Source: Myxococcota bacterium
GTDB lineage: Bacteria; Myxococcota_A; UBA796; SXON01
Assembly: GCA_040386535.1 (NCBI GenBank)
Contig: JAZKFH010000011.1
Coordinates: 64,001-128,000, forward strand
Length of the DNA stretch: 64,000 nt
Reading direction: 5' to 3'
Shown here: piece by piece, positions 38,568 through 51,221 of the stretch
Layout of the letters: each line of letters opens with the position of its first letter
How positions within the stretch are numbered: position 1 is the first letter of the stretch
Translations under genes and position numbers: made by a program
The notes under the pieces: generated by a model
Databases searched by the model: none
Told to the model about the DNA's origin: nothing
Seen by the model: the letters and a program-made list of their open reading frames with translations, nothing else

Positions 38568-39290
38568 CTACCCCAACGACCCGATCCAGCTCACCAGCTC
38601 GTCCGCGCCGCCGATGTGTTTGCCGTCCACGAACACCTGCGGGGTGGTGCGGGCGCCCGGGAGCGCGCGCAGGATGCGGGGCGACGTGGGGAGCTCGGCG
38701 TAGGTGAGGCCCTTCTCGGTGAGCGCGGCCTTGGCGCGGGCGCAGTGGCCGCAGCCCGGCTTGGTGAAGAGCACGATGTCGTGCGGCGTGTCACCGCCGA
38801 GGTAGCCGAGCATGGTGTCGGCATCGGACACCTGGAAGGGGTCGCCCGCCACGTCGGGCTCGATGAACATCTTCTCGATGACACCGTCGCGCACGAGCAT
38901 CGAGTAGCGCCACGAGCGCTTGCCGAACCCGAGGTTGTCCTTGCCGACGAGCAGGCCCATCTTCTCGGTGAACTCGCCGTTTCCGTCGGGCACGAACGTG
39001 ATGCGGTCGGCCTTCTGGTCCTGCTTCCACGCGTCCATGACGAAACAATCGTTCACGGACACGCAGAGGATGTCGTCCACGCCACGCGCGGCGAACGTGT
39101 CGAACAGCTCGTTGTAGCGGGGCACGTGCGCGCTGGAGCAGGTGGGGGTGAACGCGCCGGGGAGGGCGAACACGACCACCGACTTGCCGGCGAACAACTC
39201 CTGGGTGCTGACGTCCTTCCAATTCCCGTCCACGCGGGTGTGGAAGGTGGCGTCGGGGATCTTCTGGCCTTCACGGTTCTCGAGCGACAT
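38568..39290 (-). CDS. Hybrid peroxiredoxin 5-glutaredoxin
   Basis: LPGAFTPTCSSAHVP, SVND.FVM, KRSWRYSM, then the Grx segment FTKPGCGHC...TTPQVFVDGKHIGG. Confidence 0.96.
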   Translation of the reverse strand: MSLENREGQKIPDATFHTRVDGNWKDVSTQELFAGKSVVVFALPGAFTPTCSSAHVPRYNELFDTFAARGVDDILCVSVNDCFVMDAWKQDQKADRITFVPDGNGEFTEKMGLLVGKDNLGFGKRSWRYSMLVRDGVIEKMFIEPDVAGDPFQVSDADTMLGYLGGDTPHDIVLFTKPGCGHCARAKAALTEKGLTYAELPTSPRILRALPGARTTPQVFVDGKHIGGADELVSWIGSLG

Positions 39291-39316
39291 GATTGTCTCC
39301 TTGGGCTGTTTGACAG

Positions 39317-40771
39317 CTAGCTATTGGTAGAGTTGGATTGGGTGGCGATGGTTTGGGAAGCGGTCGCCTTCGAAGCGAGGAGCTGGGCGGAGGCGTCGCG
39401 GAGGGCGGTACGCAGCCCCTCCTCGATCACCGGGTGATAAAATGGCATCGCCAGCATCTGGTCGATGGTGAGCTGCTGCTGGTGGGACCAGGCGAGCAGG
39501 TGCGCCAGGTGCTCGGCGCGCGGGGCGACCATCTCGGCCCCGAGCAGGCGGCCGGTGGCACGGTCGGCGTACACGTTCAGGCGGCCGCGGTTCTGGCGCA
39601 TGACCCGCGCGCGGCCTTGGTCGTCGAATGACACGCGGCCGACGATCGGCTCGCGGTCCTTCACCTGGTCCCAACTCTGGCCGATCATGGCGATGTTGGG
39701 ATCGGTGAACACCACCGAGAGCGGCGACCGGCGGTGGCCCGGGGCCACGTTGGGGAACCGGGCGGCGTTCTCCCCGGCGATGCGCCCCTCGTCGGCGGCC
39801 TCGTGGAGCACGGGCACATCCGCGTTCGCGTCGCCCGCGAGGAAGATGTGGCTGGTGCCCGCCTGCATCGTCTCCGGGTCGTACACGGGCACGCGGCGTT
39901 TATCGAGCACCAGGGTGGTGTTCTCCAGCCCGAGCCGGTCGACGTTGGGCGTGCGCCCGGTGGCGGCGAGCACGTAGGCGAACACCTCGCTGCGGAGCTC
40001 GTTGTCCAGCTCCCAGGTGACACGCACGCCGTCGGCCACGCGCTCGACGTGGCGCACCGTGGCGTCCGGGAGCAGCGGGAACTCGGCGTCGAGCACGCTC
40101 CGCGCGGTCTCGCGCACCTCGGGGTCGGACAGCGGCCCGACGAAGCCGCCGACGCCGAACATCCGCACGCGCACGCCGAGGCGGTGCAGCGCCTGCCCGA
40201 GCTCCAGGCCGATGACGCCGGGGCCGAACACCGCGACGGACTCGGGCAGCTCCGTCCAGTCGAACACATCGTCGTTCACGATGAGGCGGTCGCCCGCGGC
40301 CTCGAGGAACGGGAACACGCGGGGGCGCGAGCCGGTGGCGAGGACGATGCTGCGCGCCTCGACGACACAGCCGCCGTCGGAGGGATCGCCCACCTCGAGG
40401 CGGTGGTCGTCCAGGAACGTGGCGCGGCCTAGCAGGCGGTGCTGGCTGGGGAAGTGCTCGACCGTGTCGACGACGAAGCCGACGAACCGGTCGCGTTCGG
40501 CGCGCACCCGCGCCATCACCCGGGCGCCGTCGACCCGCGCGTCCGGCACGTCCACGCCGAACGCGCGGGCGTGTTGCGCGCTGTGGGCGGCGTCGGCCGC
40601 GGCGATGAGCAGCTTGCTGGGCATGCAGCCCACGCGGGCGCAGGTGGTGCCGTACGCCTCGGCTTCGATGAGCAGCACCCGATCGGTGACGGCGGCGGCC
40701 GCGCGGTAGGCGGCCATTCCGGCGGTGCCGGCGCCCAGGATGGCGACATCGACCTGGCGAATGGGGTTCAT
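39317..40771 (-). CDS. Flavoprotein disulfide reductase (dihydrolipoamide dehydrogenase-like partner of Prx5-Grx)
   Basis: GAGTAG, GTTCARVGCMPSK, GPGVIGLE and FYHPVIEE. ATG 40771 has an AGAGGA Shine-Dalgarno. Confidence 0.93.
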   Translation of the reverse strand: MNPIRQVDVAILGAGTAGMAAYRAAAAVTDRVLLIEAEAYGTTCARVGCMPSKLLIAAADAAHSAQHARAFGVDVPDARVDGARVMARVRAERDRFVGFVVDTVEHFPSQHRLLGRATFLDDHRLEVGDPSDGGCVVEARSIVLATGSRPRVFPFLEAAGDRLIVNDDVFDWTELPESVAVFGPGVIGLELGQALHRLGVRVRMFGVGGFVGPLSDPEVRETARSVLDAEFPLLPDATVRHVERVADGVRVTWELDNELRSEVFAYVLAATGRTPNVDRLGLENTTLVLDKRRVPVYDPETMQAGTSHIFLAGDANADVPVLHEAADEGRIAGENAARFPNVAPGHRRSPLSVVFTDPNIAMIGQSWDQVKDREPIVGRVSFDDQGRARVMRQNRGRLNVYADRATGRLLGAEMVAPRAEHLAHLLAWSHQQQLTIDQMLAMPFYHPVIEEGLRTALRDASAQLLASKATASQTIATQSNSTNS

Positions 40772-40793
40772 GAATCCTCTCTGCGGCAACGTA

Positions 40794-40810
40794 TTGCAGG
40801 CCGCGTGCCA
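40794..40810 (-). promoter_or_regulatory. sigma54 -24/-12 promoter of the reductase/Prx-Grx operon
   Basis: The minus strand reads TGGCACGCGGCCTGCAA just upstream of the Shine-Dalgarno, opposite a divergent sigma54 activator gene. Confidence 0.85.
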
Positions 40811-40863
40811 CCCCCGCTGCGTCCATGAAAGGCTGCTTTTCATCACCGCGGTGCACACGATAG

Positions 40864-40917
40864 CGACATGCCGTTGTCCGCGGACAACGAAATATCGTCA
40901 CGGCAACGACATCACGT
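40864..40917. promoter_or_regulatory. Candidate triple enhancer (UAS) for the divergent activator
   Basis: CGACATGCCGT (40864), CGAAATATCGT (40888) and CGACATCACGT (40907), plus the palindrome CGTTGTCCGCGGACAACG (40872-40889). Confidence 0.55.
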
Positions 40918-40929
40918 TAGGAGCGGGGC

Positions 40930-42477
<1,548 letters not shown>

Positions 42478-42496
42478 CGGGGGCCGGAGGGCGGAG

Positions 42497-42641
42497 GGGG
42501 TCGGACCTTACGACTTACCACCTACGACAGGCGAACGCCGCGAATCCAGCACTGGGGTCTGACCTTACGACTTATCACTTGGCGCCTACGCACGAACGCC
42601 GGGAATCTGCGCTCAAGTGATAAGTGATGAGGTCAGACCCC
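42497..42641. repeat. REP-like inverted repeat
   Basis: GGGGTCTGACCTTACGACTTATCACTT (42554) pairs with AAGTGATAAGTGATGAGGTCAGACCCC (ends 42641). A direct copy of the left arm lies at ~42497. Confidence 0.75.
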
Positions 42642-42863
42642 GTCCGGTGCCTTCCTCCCCTCGTGGGGCGGTCCACTTCGCCCTGGCGGACGTGCCTGCC
42701 TGTCGCACGATCACGCTGCCACGCGTCGGTGGGGTCGGCGCCCTTGCAGCCGGGTCCGCTGGTGGGGCCCCCCTGGGGGGGACCAGCGGGGGCCCCGGCT
42801 GCGGTTCTGGGCGCCGTCCCTTCCGACGCCCCAAGACCCAGGGTCACCGGTTAGACCGCCCCG

Positions 42864-43820
42864 ATGCACCTCGTCCTCGGTTCCACCGGCGGCTTCGGCG
42901 GCGCGATGGTCCGCGCCCTCCTCGCGCGGGGCCAGTCCGTCCGCGCCCTCGTCCGCGACCCCGCGCGCGCCCGCCTCCCCGACGGCGTGCAGGTCGTCAA
43001 GGGCGACGCGATGCGCCTCCCCGACGTGCTCGCCGCCGCCGAGGGTTGCGCCAGCGTCGTCCACGGGATCAACCTCCCGTACGCCGAGTGGGACCCCGGC
43101 ATGATCACGTCCACCCACAACGTGATCGCGGCCGCCAAGGAGGCCGGCGCCACCATCGTCTTCCCCGGCAACATCTACGGGCTCAAGCCGATCTACGAGG
43201 TGCCGCTCCCTCCCAACTCCCCCACGTTGGACCACAACGATCGCCCCAACCGGAAGGGCGCGCTGCGCAACCTCCTGGAGGAGACCCTCGCGCACAACGC
43301 CGAGGTGGGCGAGGCCCGCACCCTCATCGTGCGCGCGGGCGACTTCTACGGCCCCGGCGTCGACAACGGCCTGGTCGGGCCGATGTTCCGCAACGCGCTC
43401 GCCGGCAAGCCCATCCCCTGGTTCGGCGCCGTCGAGACCGGCCACGCCTTCACCTCCGTCGACGACATCGCCACCGTCGCCACCGGCCTCCTCCTCCAAG
43501 CCGACCGCCCGCTGCTCGACATCGTGGCCGTCGCCGGCGACCACTACCCGAGCGCCGCCGCGTGGGCCGGCGCCCTGGCCAAGGCCGCGGGCCAGCCCAG
43601 CCTCGGCGTCGAGCGCGTCGCCGGCTGGAAGGTGCGGCTGATGGGCCTCGTCGACCGCCAGGCCCGCGAGTTCGCCGAGCTCCTCTACCAGTGGGACGGC
43701 GCCATGCTCCTCGACGACACCCGCGTCCGCCGCGGCCTCCCCGACTGGACGCCCACGCCGGCCGCCGACTCGTTGGCCGCCACGATGGCGTGGTACCGCG
43801 CCAACCCCGCCGCGAGATGA
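42864..43820 (+). CDS. NAD-dependent epimerase/dehydratase (extended SDR)
   Basis: [30 protein letters not shown]. Confidence 0.92.
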   Translation: MHLVLGSTGGFGGAMVRALLARGQSVRALVRDPARARLPDGVQVVKGDAMRLPDVLAAAEGCASVVHGINLPYAEWDPGMITSTHNVIAAAKEAGATIVFPGNIYGLKPIYEVPLPPNSPTLDHNDRPNRKGALRNLLEETLAHNAEVGEARTLIVRAGDFYGPGVDNGLVGPMFRNALAGKPIPWFGAVETGHAFTSVDDIATVATGLLLQADRPLLDIVAVAGDHYPSAAAWAGALAKAAGQPSLGVERVAGWKVRLMGLVDRQAREFAELLYQWDGAMLLDDTRVRRGLPDWTPTPAADSLAATMAWYRANPAAR

Positions 43821-44278
43821 GCACCCCTCCCACCGAAGACCCCGCCCAGGACCCCTGGGAGGCCCGCCTCGCCGCCGCGCGCGATCGCCTCGCCCCCGCG
43901 CTGCTGCTCGCGGGCGAGTGGGTCGGCGAGGGCCATGCCCACGGCGAGCCCGTCACCGGGCGCCTCCGCGTGCGCCCGATCCTCGACGGCACCGCGCTCG
44001 AGGTGTGGGAGCAGGTCGGCGGCCACGAGGACCTGTGCGTCTACCGCTACGACGCCGACAACCAGCAGCTCGAAGTGGTCCACCTCATGCCCGGCGCGCT
44101 CGCCATCCACCCCGTCGAGCTCACCCTCGACGGCCTGGTGTGGGTCACCCCGCCCAGCCAACCCACCGTCGTGTGGACCAACCGCGGCACCGTCGGCGGC
44201 ACCCCGGTCGTCGACAGCGAGGTCGTGTGGCCCGGCCAGCGAATCGCCGAGGTCAAACTCACGTATCGGCGGGTGTAG
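43817..44278 (+). CDS. Hypothetical beta-barrel protein (nitrobindin/lipocalin-like)
   Basis: ATGA overlap with the SDR gene; LAGEWVGEG...HED...YRYD. Confidence 0.65.
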   Translation: MSTPPTEDPAQDPWEARLAAARDRLAPALLLAGEWVGEGHAHGEPVTGRLRVRPILDGTALEVWEQVGGHEDLCVYRYDADNQQLEVVHLMPGALAIHPVELTLDGLVWVTPPSQPTVVWTNRGTVGGTPVVDSEVVWPGQRIAEVKLTYRRV

Positions 44279-44460
44279 GGGCGCCCGTTCGACGCCCGGA
44301 GCTGGGCAGACGGACGGCGGAGGACCGCCGCCGCTGCGGAGCGGGGCGGGCGGGTTCGCCCCACGGGTGATCCTGGCGCCGGCCTGGGCGCCGGCGCCTG
44401 CCTGGGCGCGGGCGCGGTCCTCGACGAGATCCGCTCCCGCGGGCAGCTCGTCGCAACGCA

Positions 44461-44657
44461 ACGGCAACAACTCGGGGCCTCGCGATCGAGCCCCCGAGTT
44501 GTTGCCGCTTCGGCGGCGCCGCGCGGTCATGCAAAACGGTCCAACGCCGGGAATGTGAGCGTCGTGACCGCGGCGGCCCTCGCGGACCCCCTCGAGCGGC
44601 AACAACTGCGGCAAGAACTCGGGGCCTCGCGATCGAGCCCCCGAGTTGTTGCCGCTC
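44461..44657. repeat. Two copies of a ~47-bp hairpin
   Basis: GGCAA(C/G)AACTCGGGG-cctcgcgatcgag-CCCCCGAGTTGTTGCC at ~44463 and ~44610. Confidence 0.85.
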
Positions 44658-44722
44658 GCGCGGGACCGCGCGCTGGGCGCGACTTCCCCTCGGGCTCCCC
44701 CTTCGAGCGCCACCCTACAGCC

Positions 44723-44895
44723 GCGTCATCTCGGGCCCCAGATACTCTGTCTACCCCCCAGGATGACGCCTCCAACGCTCCTTTCGCGTCATCTCGGGGC
44801 CCAGATGCCCGTATCCACCCCCCGAGATGACGCCCGCGCGGCCACACGGTGTCATCTCGGGCCCCAGATACTCCATCCATCCCCCAGGATGACGC
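44723..44895. repeat. Three hairpin units at a 63-bp period
   Basis: GTCATCTCGGG.CCCAGAT...CCCC..GATGACGC starting at 44723, 44786 and 44849. Confidence 0.9.
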
Positions 44896-44904
44896 TGGAC
44901 CGGT

Positions 44905-45105
44905 GTCCAGCAACGCCGAACCTGCCGGTCAGGTGGCGCGTTGCTGGACGTGGCGTCCAGCAACGCCGAACCTGCCGGCCAGGTGGCGCGTTGCAGGACG
45001 TGGCGTCCAGCAACGCCGGACCTGCCGGCCAGGTGTCGCGTTGCTGGACGTGGCGTCCAGCAACGCCGGACCTGCCCGCCAGGTCGCGCGTTGCTGGACA
45101 TGGCG
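44905..45105. repeat. Four 50-bp palindromic tandem units
   Basis: GTCCAGCAACGC-CG.ACCTG....CAGGT..-GCGTTGCTGGAC at 44905, 44955, 45005 and 45055. Confidence 0.95.
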
Positions 45106-45145
45106 ACCTCGCCGTTGCGTCGGCACGCCGCGCGCCTACGCTCCC

Positions 45146-45187
45146 GCCCACGCCCACGCCCACGCCCACGCCCACGCCCACGCTCAC
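45146..45187. repeat. (GCCCAC)n hexanucleotide microsatellite
   Basis: About six consecutive GCCCAC units. Confidence 0.85.
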
Positions 45188-45389
45188 CCCCGCGCCCCCA
45201 AGCCCCCCCGCGCCAGGCGCCCGGAGGTCGGCCGCCCGCCTCGGGCGGCCGGTCCCCGCCGCCTCGGCGGGACCAAGCGGCTCCGCCGCGCGACCGCAGG
45301 GGGCCGACGGGGCCGCGTCCGCGCGGCCCCGGGGCGCCCAGCACCCCCGCCCCCGCGTTAGGGCCCGCGTCCCGCCCCGCGAGGTCCCC

Positions 45390-46445
45390 CTGCCCGGAAA
45401 CACCTTCGGTCAACGCTTCCGAATCACGACGTTCGGCGAGAGCCACGGCGCCGGCCTCGGGGTGGTGATCGACGGGGTGCCCGCCGGCTTCGCCCTCGAT
45501 CTCGCCGCGATCGACCGGGAGCTTTCGCGCCGCCGCCCCGGTCAGAGCGCGCTGACCACGCCGCGCAAGGAGGGCGACGCCGTCGAGGTGCTCTCGGGCC
45601 TGTTCGAGGGGCGCACGCTCGGGTCGCCGCTCACGCTGCTGTTCCGCAACGTCGACGCCGACGCCCGCGCCTACGCGCCGTTCAAGGACCTGTACCGGCC
45701 GTCCCACGCCGACTTCACCACGCAGGCGAAGTACGGCCATCGCGACTGGCGCGGCGGCGGGCGGGCGAGCGCGCGGGAGACGGTCGCGCGGGTCGCCGCC
45801 GGCGCCGTGGCCCGCCAACTGATCGCGCCCATCGAGATCGTGGCGTGGGTGCACCGGGTGGGCGACGTCGAGGGGCCCGACCTCTGGGACGTCGACGCCG
45901 CCGCGATCGAGGGCAACCCCGTGCGCGCCCACCCCGACGCCGCCGCCGCGATGGAGGCCCTCATCCGCGCGGTCCGCGCCGACGGCGACACCATCGGCGG
46001 CGTCATCCGCGCCGTGTGCCGCAACGTGCCCGTGGGCCTCGGCGAGCCCGTGTTCGACAAGCTCGAGGCCGACCTCGCCAAGGCGATGTTGTCGCTCCCC
46101 GCGGCCAAGGGCTTCGAGTCGGGCAGCGGCTACGCCGGCACGCGCCTGCGCGGCTCCCAACACAACGACACGTTCGTGCCGGGTCCGAACGGTGTACCAA
46201 TCACGACGACCAACCGCTCCGGCGGCATCCAGGGCGGCATCAGCAACGGCATGCCGGTCACGTTCACGGTCGCGTTCAAGCCGGTCGCGACGATCTTCCA
46301 GCCCCAGGCCACGGTCGACGTGCACAACCAGCCCGCCACGCTCACCCCGCGCGGCCGCCACGATCCGTGCGTGTTGCCGCGCGCCGTCCCCATCGTGGAG
46401 GCGATGGCGGCGATCGTGCTGGCCGATCACGTACTGCGCGCGTGA
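45390..46445 (+). CDS. aroC: Chorismate synthase
   Basis: [68 protein letters not shown]. The expected Met position is CTG at 45390. Confidence 0.96.
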   Translation: MPGNTFGQRFRITTFGESHGAGLGVVIDGVPAGFALDLAAIDRELSRRRPGQSALTTPRKEGDAVEVLSGLFEGRTLGSPLTLLFRNVDADARAYAPFKDLYRPSHADFTTQAKYGHRDWRGGGRASARETVARVAAGAVARQLIAPIEIVAWVHRVGDVEGPDLWDVDAAAIEGNPVRAHPDAAAAMEALIRAVRADGDTIGGVIRAVCRNVPVGLGEPVFDKLEADLAKAMLSLPAAKGFESGSGYAGTRLRGSQHNDTFVPGPNGVPITTTNRSGGIQGGISNGMPVTFTVAFKPVATIFQPQATVDVHNQPATLTPRGRHDPCVLPRAVPIVEAMAAIVLADHVLRA

Positions 46446-46455
46446 CCGCCGGGCG

Positions 46456-47040
46456 TCAGCCCCCCGAGACGAAGTTCAGCACGGTCGTCGCGCCGCCGTC
46501 GGCCGACCAGAACAGGTGCAGCCGGCGCAGGCCCTCCGGGTCGGCGCCCACGGACACGTTCAGCTTGTTGGCGCCCGCCGGGGGCGTCGGGAGCCCGTCC
46601 GCCACGGATTCTTTCGGCAAGGTCTCCCAGACGTCGACCTGCTCGAGCTCGGTCGAGCCGCGCTCGGGGGTGCGCGCGCGCACGTCCACCACGAGGTCCA
46701 CCCCGGCGGCTTCCGACCACACCGCCAGCGTGATGGGCACCTCGACCACATCGTCGCACGCGGGCTGGAGCTCGAACGTGGTGCTGGCGAACGGGTCCCC
46801 GCGCCCATGTTTCGTCCGGTCGTGGAACACCGCCGGACCGTCGCCACGCGCCACCGTCAGCTCCACGTCGAACGGCGCGCCCGCATCGTCGTTCGCCACG
46901 AGCGCCCGCGTGCCCACGAGCACGCCCGCCACGTCCGCGGCGGTGAACGTGAACTCGCCGAGCGGCGCGTCATCCGCCACGTCGGAGGTCACGAGCTCGC
47001 ATTCGTCGGAGCCACACGCCAACAGGGCAAGGAGGAGCAT
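46456..47040 (-). CDS. Hypothetical lipoprotein
   Basis: MLLLALLAC lipobox; coding-like codon bias. Confidence 0.75.
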   Translation of the reverse strand: MLLLALLACGSDECELVTSDVADDAPLGEFTFTAADVAGVLVGTRALVANDDAGAPFDVELTVARGDGPAVFHDRTKHGRGDPFASTTFELQPACDDVVEVPITLAVWSEAAGVDLVVDVRARTPERGSTELEQVDVWETLPKESVADGLPTPPAGANKLNVSVGADPEGLRRLHLFWSADGGATTVLNFVSGG

Positions 47041-47393
47041 CCGCTTCGTGTATCAACGTGCCCCTCCAAACGTCGAAGAGTTCGCCGCGCCACTCCCCGT
47101 GCATCGCGTCGCCGGCTCCCGACCTCGCGGGCGCCCCCACCCACGCGGACGCGGGCGGGCGGGGCTCCTCCGGGGTCGGCTGCGCCTCCGTCGTCCCGCC
47201 GGTGCGGGCCGACCGCGGCGGGCCGTCCACCCTCGGGGGGCCTCCGGCCGAGCAGCCCGCGGTGGCCCGCCGCGCCCTCCGGCCCCCCTGGCGCGGGGCC
47301 CCGACATCCCTCAACATCTTTCCCATTGCCCGATCCCACTCCGGTGCGAACAATGGGCGGTCGGGCCCCAGGCGGAGCCCGAGCGGAGCAATC

Positions 47394-48803
<1,410 letters not shown>

Positions 48804-48804
48804 G

Positions 48805-50127
48805 ATGGACCCCCTCCAGCTCGGCCGCGAGATCCTCCAGAAGACCAAGGCCCTCGGCGCGGAGGAGGCCACCGTGGTCGTCTCCCGCTCCACCGAGGTG
48901 TCGCTGATGCGCCGCGCCGGCAAGCTCGAGCAGGCCACCCAGGCGTCCAGCCTCGGCGCCTCGCTCTCGCTCCTGGTCGACGACCGCTACTCCGTCCACT
49001 CCACCTCCGACCTGCGTCCCGACGCGATCGACGCGTTCCTGACCCGCGCCATGGCGGCCACCCGCGTGCTCGAGCCCGAGCCCGAGCGGCGCCAGCCGCC
49101 CATCGAGTTGTGCGGCCGGTTCACCTCCGAGGCCGTGCTCGACCGCTTCGATCCGGAGTGGGAGTCCACCACCGCCGAACAGCGCCGCGAGCTGGCCGAG
49201 CGGCTCGAGGCGTGTGTCGACGCGCTCCCGACGCGCGACCAGATCTTGTCCGCCACGATCTACCTGGGCGACAGCATCGGCGAGACCGCGCGCGTGTTGT
49301 CCAACGGGTTCGAGAACGTGAGCCGCGGCACCGGGTTCGGCTACGGCGCGGAGATGACCCTGCTCGAGCCGGGCGGCCGCCGGCCCGAGGGCTCGTCGTA
49401 CTACTCGGCCACCCACGCCGGCGATCTTCCGCCCCCCGAGCGCATCGCGACGGAGTCGTGGAAACGCGCGGCCGAGCGCCTCGGCAGCGGGCCGGCGCCC
49501 TCGGGCCGCTACCCGATGCTGCTCCAGAACAGCTCGGTGGGCCGCATCCTCGGCGTGATCGGCGGGCCGCTCTCCGGCTCCGAGCTGCACCAGGGGCGGA
49601 GCTTTCTCGCTGGCAAGAAGGGCGAACAGATCGCGGCGACGGGGCTCACCATTCTCGACGATCCGACCATCCCGCGCGGCCTCGGCTCCCGCCCGTTCGA
49701 CAGTGACGGCCTGTACGCCAAGCCGTTCCCGGTGATCCAGGCCGGCGTGCTCGAGAACTACTACATCAACGTCTACTACGGGCGGAAGCTCGGGATGGAC
49801 CCGACCTCCGGCGGCCGCTCCAATTGGGTGGTCACCCCGGGCACGCGCTCGGTCAAGGAGATCACCGGCGAGCTCGACCGCTGCATCGTCGTCACCGGGT
49901 TCCTCGGCGGCAACAGCAACGGCCTCACCGGCGACTTCAGCTTCGGCGTGCAGGGTCTGTTGCTCGAGCGCGGCGAGGTCGTGAAGCATCTCTCCGAGAT
50001 GAACGTGTCGGGCAATATCGGCGAACTGCTCATGAGCTTCACCGAGCCCGCCAACGACGTGTGGAAGTGGAGCGGCCTGCGGTCGCCGTCGCTCTTGTTC
50101 GACGGGGTGCAGTTCAGCGGCACCTAG
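48805..50127 (+). CDS. pmbA: PmbA/TldE protein
   Basis: Follows tldD; DDPTIPRGLGSRPFDSDG and NGLTGDFSFG; no HExxH. Confidence 0.93.
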   Translation: MDPLQLGREILQKTKALGAEEATVVVSRSTEVSLMRRAGKLEQATQASSLGASLSLLVDDRYSVHSTSDLRPDAIDAFLTRAMAATRVLEPEPERRQPPIELCGRFTSEAVLDRFDPEWESTTAEQRRELAERLEACVDALPTRDQILSATIYLGDSIGETARVLSNGFENVSRGTGFGYGAEMTLLEPGGRRPEGSSYYSATHAGDLPPPERIATESWKRAAERLGSGPAPSGRYPMLLQNSSVGRILGVIGGPLSGSELHQGRSFLAGKKGEQIAATGLTILDDPTIPRGLGSRPFDSDGLYAKPFPVIQAGVLENYYINVYYGRKLGMDPTSGGRSNWVVTPGTRSVKEITGELDRCIVVTGFLGGNSNGLTGDFSFGVQGLLLERGEVVKHLSEMNVSGNIGELLMSFTEPANDVWKWSGLRSPSLLFDGVQFSGT

Positions 50128-50164
50128 GGTCAGCGGGACCTGAAGGGAGGGGCGGGCCGGGGGA

Positions 50165-51121
50165 TCAACCCGGCTCGGGCTCCCCGTTCATCCGGCTGAC
50201 GATCTCCTGGTAGCAGGTCGGGCAGACGCCGTGGCTGAACCGGGCGTTCGTGTGGGTCGACACGTACACCTCGACGCTCTGCCAGTTGTCGTCTTCGTCG
50301 CGGATGCGGGTGCAGTAGGAGCACGTCGGCAGGATGTCCCGCAGCGTCTTGACCTCGGCGAGGGCCTTCTGCAGCTCTGCCACGAGCGCCTCGCGCTCCT
50401 CCACGGCGCGCTTCTGCTCCGTGAAGTCGCGCGCCATCGAGTAGATCGTGCGCCGGGAGAGGTCGGGCGCCGCGTTCCACACCAGCCACCGGTACGATCC
50501 GTCCTTGCACCGGTAGCGGTTCTCGAACGCCTGGGCCTGGCCGCCGGCCCGCACCGCGCGGTTCTGGTTCAGCGTGCGCTCGCGGTCGTCGGGGTGCACG
50601 AACTCGATGAACGGCCGCGCCATGAGCTCTTCCCGGGTGAAGCCCAGGGTTCGCTCCCAGGCCGGGTTGAGCCGCCGGAAGTGACCGTCGAAGCCGAGGC
50701 AGCACAACATGTCGAGCGACACGTCGAAGAAGCGATCTTCGAGCTCGTCGGCCGCGGCGCTCGGATCCAGCGCCAGCGCCAGGCCGACCCGCAGATCGCG
50801 GTCGGCGAACGGCTTGAGCAGGTGGGTCCCCTGGTTGCTCGCCCGGATCCGCAGCAGCCCCTCGCGGTCGGCGTCGGCGACCGTGAACAGGATCGGGATC
50901 CCCGCGCGCCGGCGGATCACCCGGCCGGCCTCGATGCTGTCCATGTCGCCGAGCGCCACGTCCAGGAGCACGGCGTGCGGCGCCGTCTGCTCGGTCAGGT
51001 CGATGGCCGCGCGGGCGGAGCTGGCGATCGCGGCCACGTCGTACCCGAGCGCCACGAGCCTCGACTCCAGCTCCGTTGCGACGCTCGGTTCGTCGTCGGC
51101 GATGAGGATCCGGTGGGCCAT
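50165..51121 (-). CDS. Response regulator: receiver + PAS + C-terminal CxxC/HxxCxxC module
   Basis: RILIADDE...LLDV...LKPF; NPAWERTLGF...FVHPDD...KDGSYRWL; LPTCSYCTRIRD...FSHGVCPTC. Confidence 0.92.
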   Translation of the reverse strand: MAHRILIADDEPSVATELESRLVALGYDVAAIASSARAAIDLTEQTAPHAVLLDVALGDMDSIEAGRVIRRRAGIPILFTVADADREGLLRIRASNQGTHLLKPFADRDLRVGLALALDPSAAADELEDRFFDVSLDMLCCLGFDGHFRRLNPAWERTLGFTREELMARPFIEFVHPDDRERTLNQNRAVRAGGQAQAFENRYRCKDGSYRWLVWNAAPDLSRRTIYSMARDFTEQKRAVEEREALVAELQKALAEVKTLRDILPTCSYCTRIRDEDDNWQSVEVYVSTHTNARFSHGVCPTCYQEIVSRMNGEPEPG

Positions 51122-51221
51122 GGGGCGGAGCTTCCTGGGAGGGTGCGGCGTCGACGCGCCCCCGGCGACGCTGCGCCGACCTCTTAACACCCACCCCCGC
51201 GCGCTCTTCGTCGCCCTCTCG

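Noticed and set aside
44723..45105. Possible CRISPR array (also considered at 25154 and 62378)
   Set aside because: Units are whole-length tandem copies or have linkers of only ~16 bp, the repeats are degenerate, and there are no cas genes or leader in the window.
44646..45389. N-terminal extension of AroC (599-aa ORF)
   Set aside because: The extension translates the palindromic arrays and the microsatellite and lacks coding bias.
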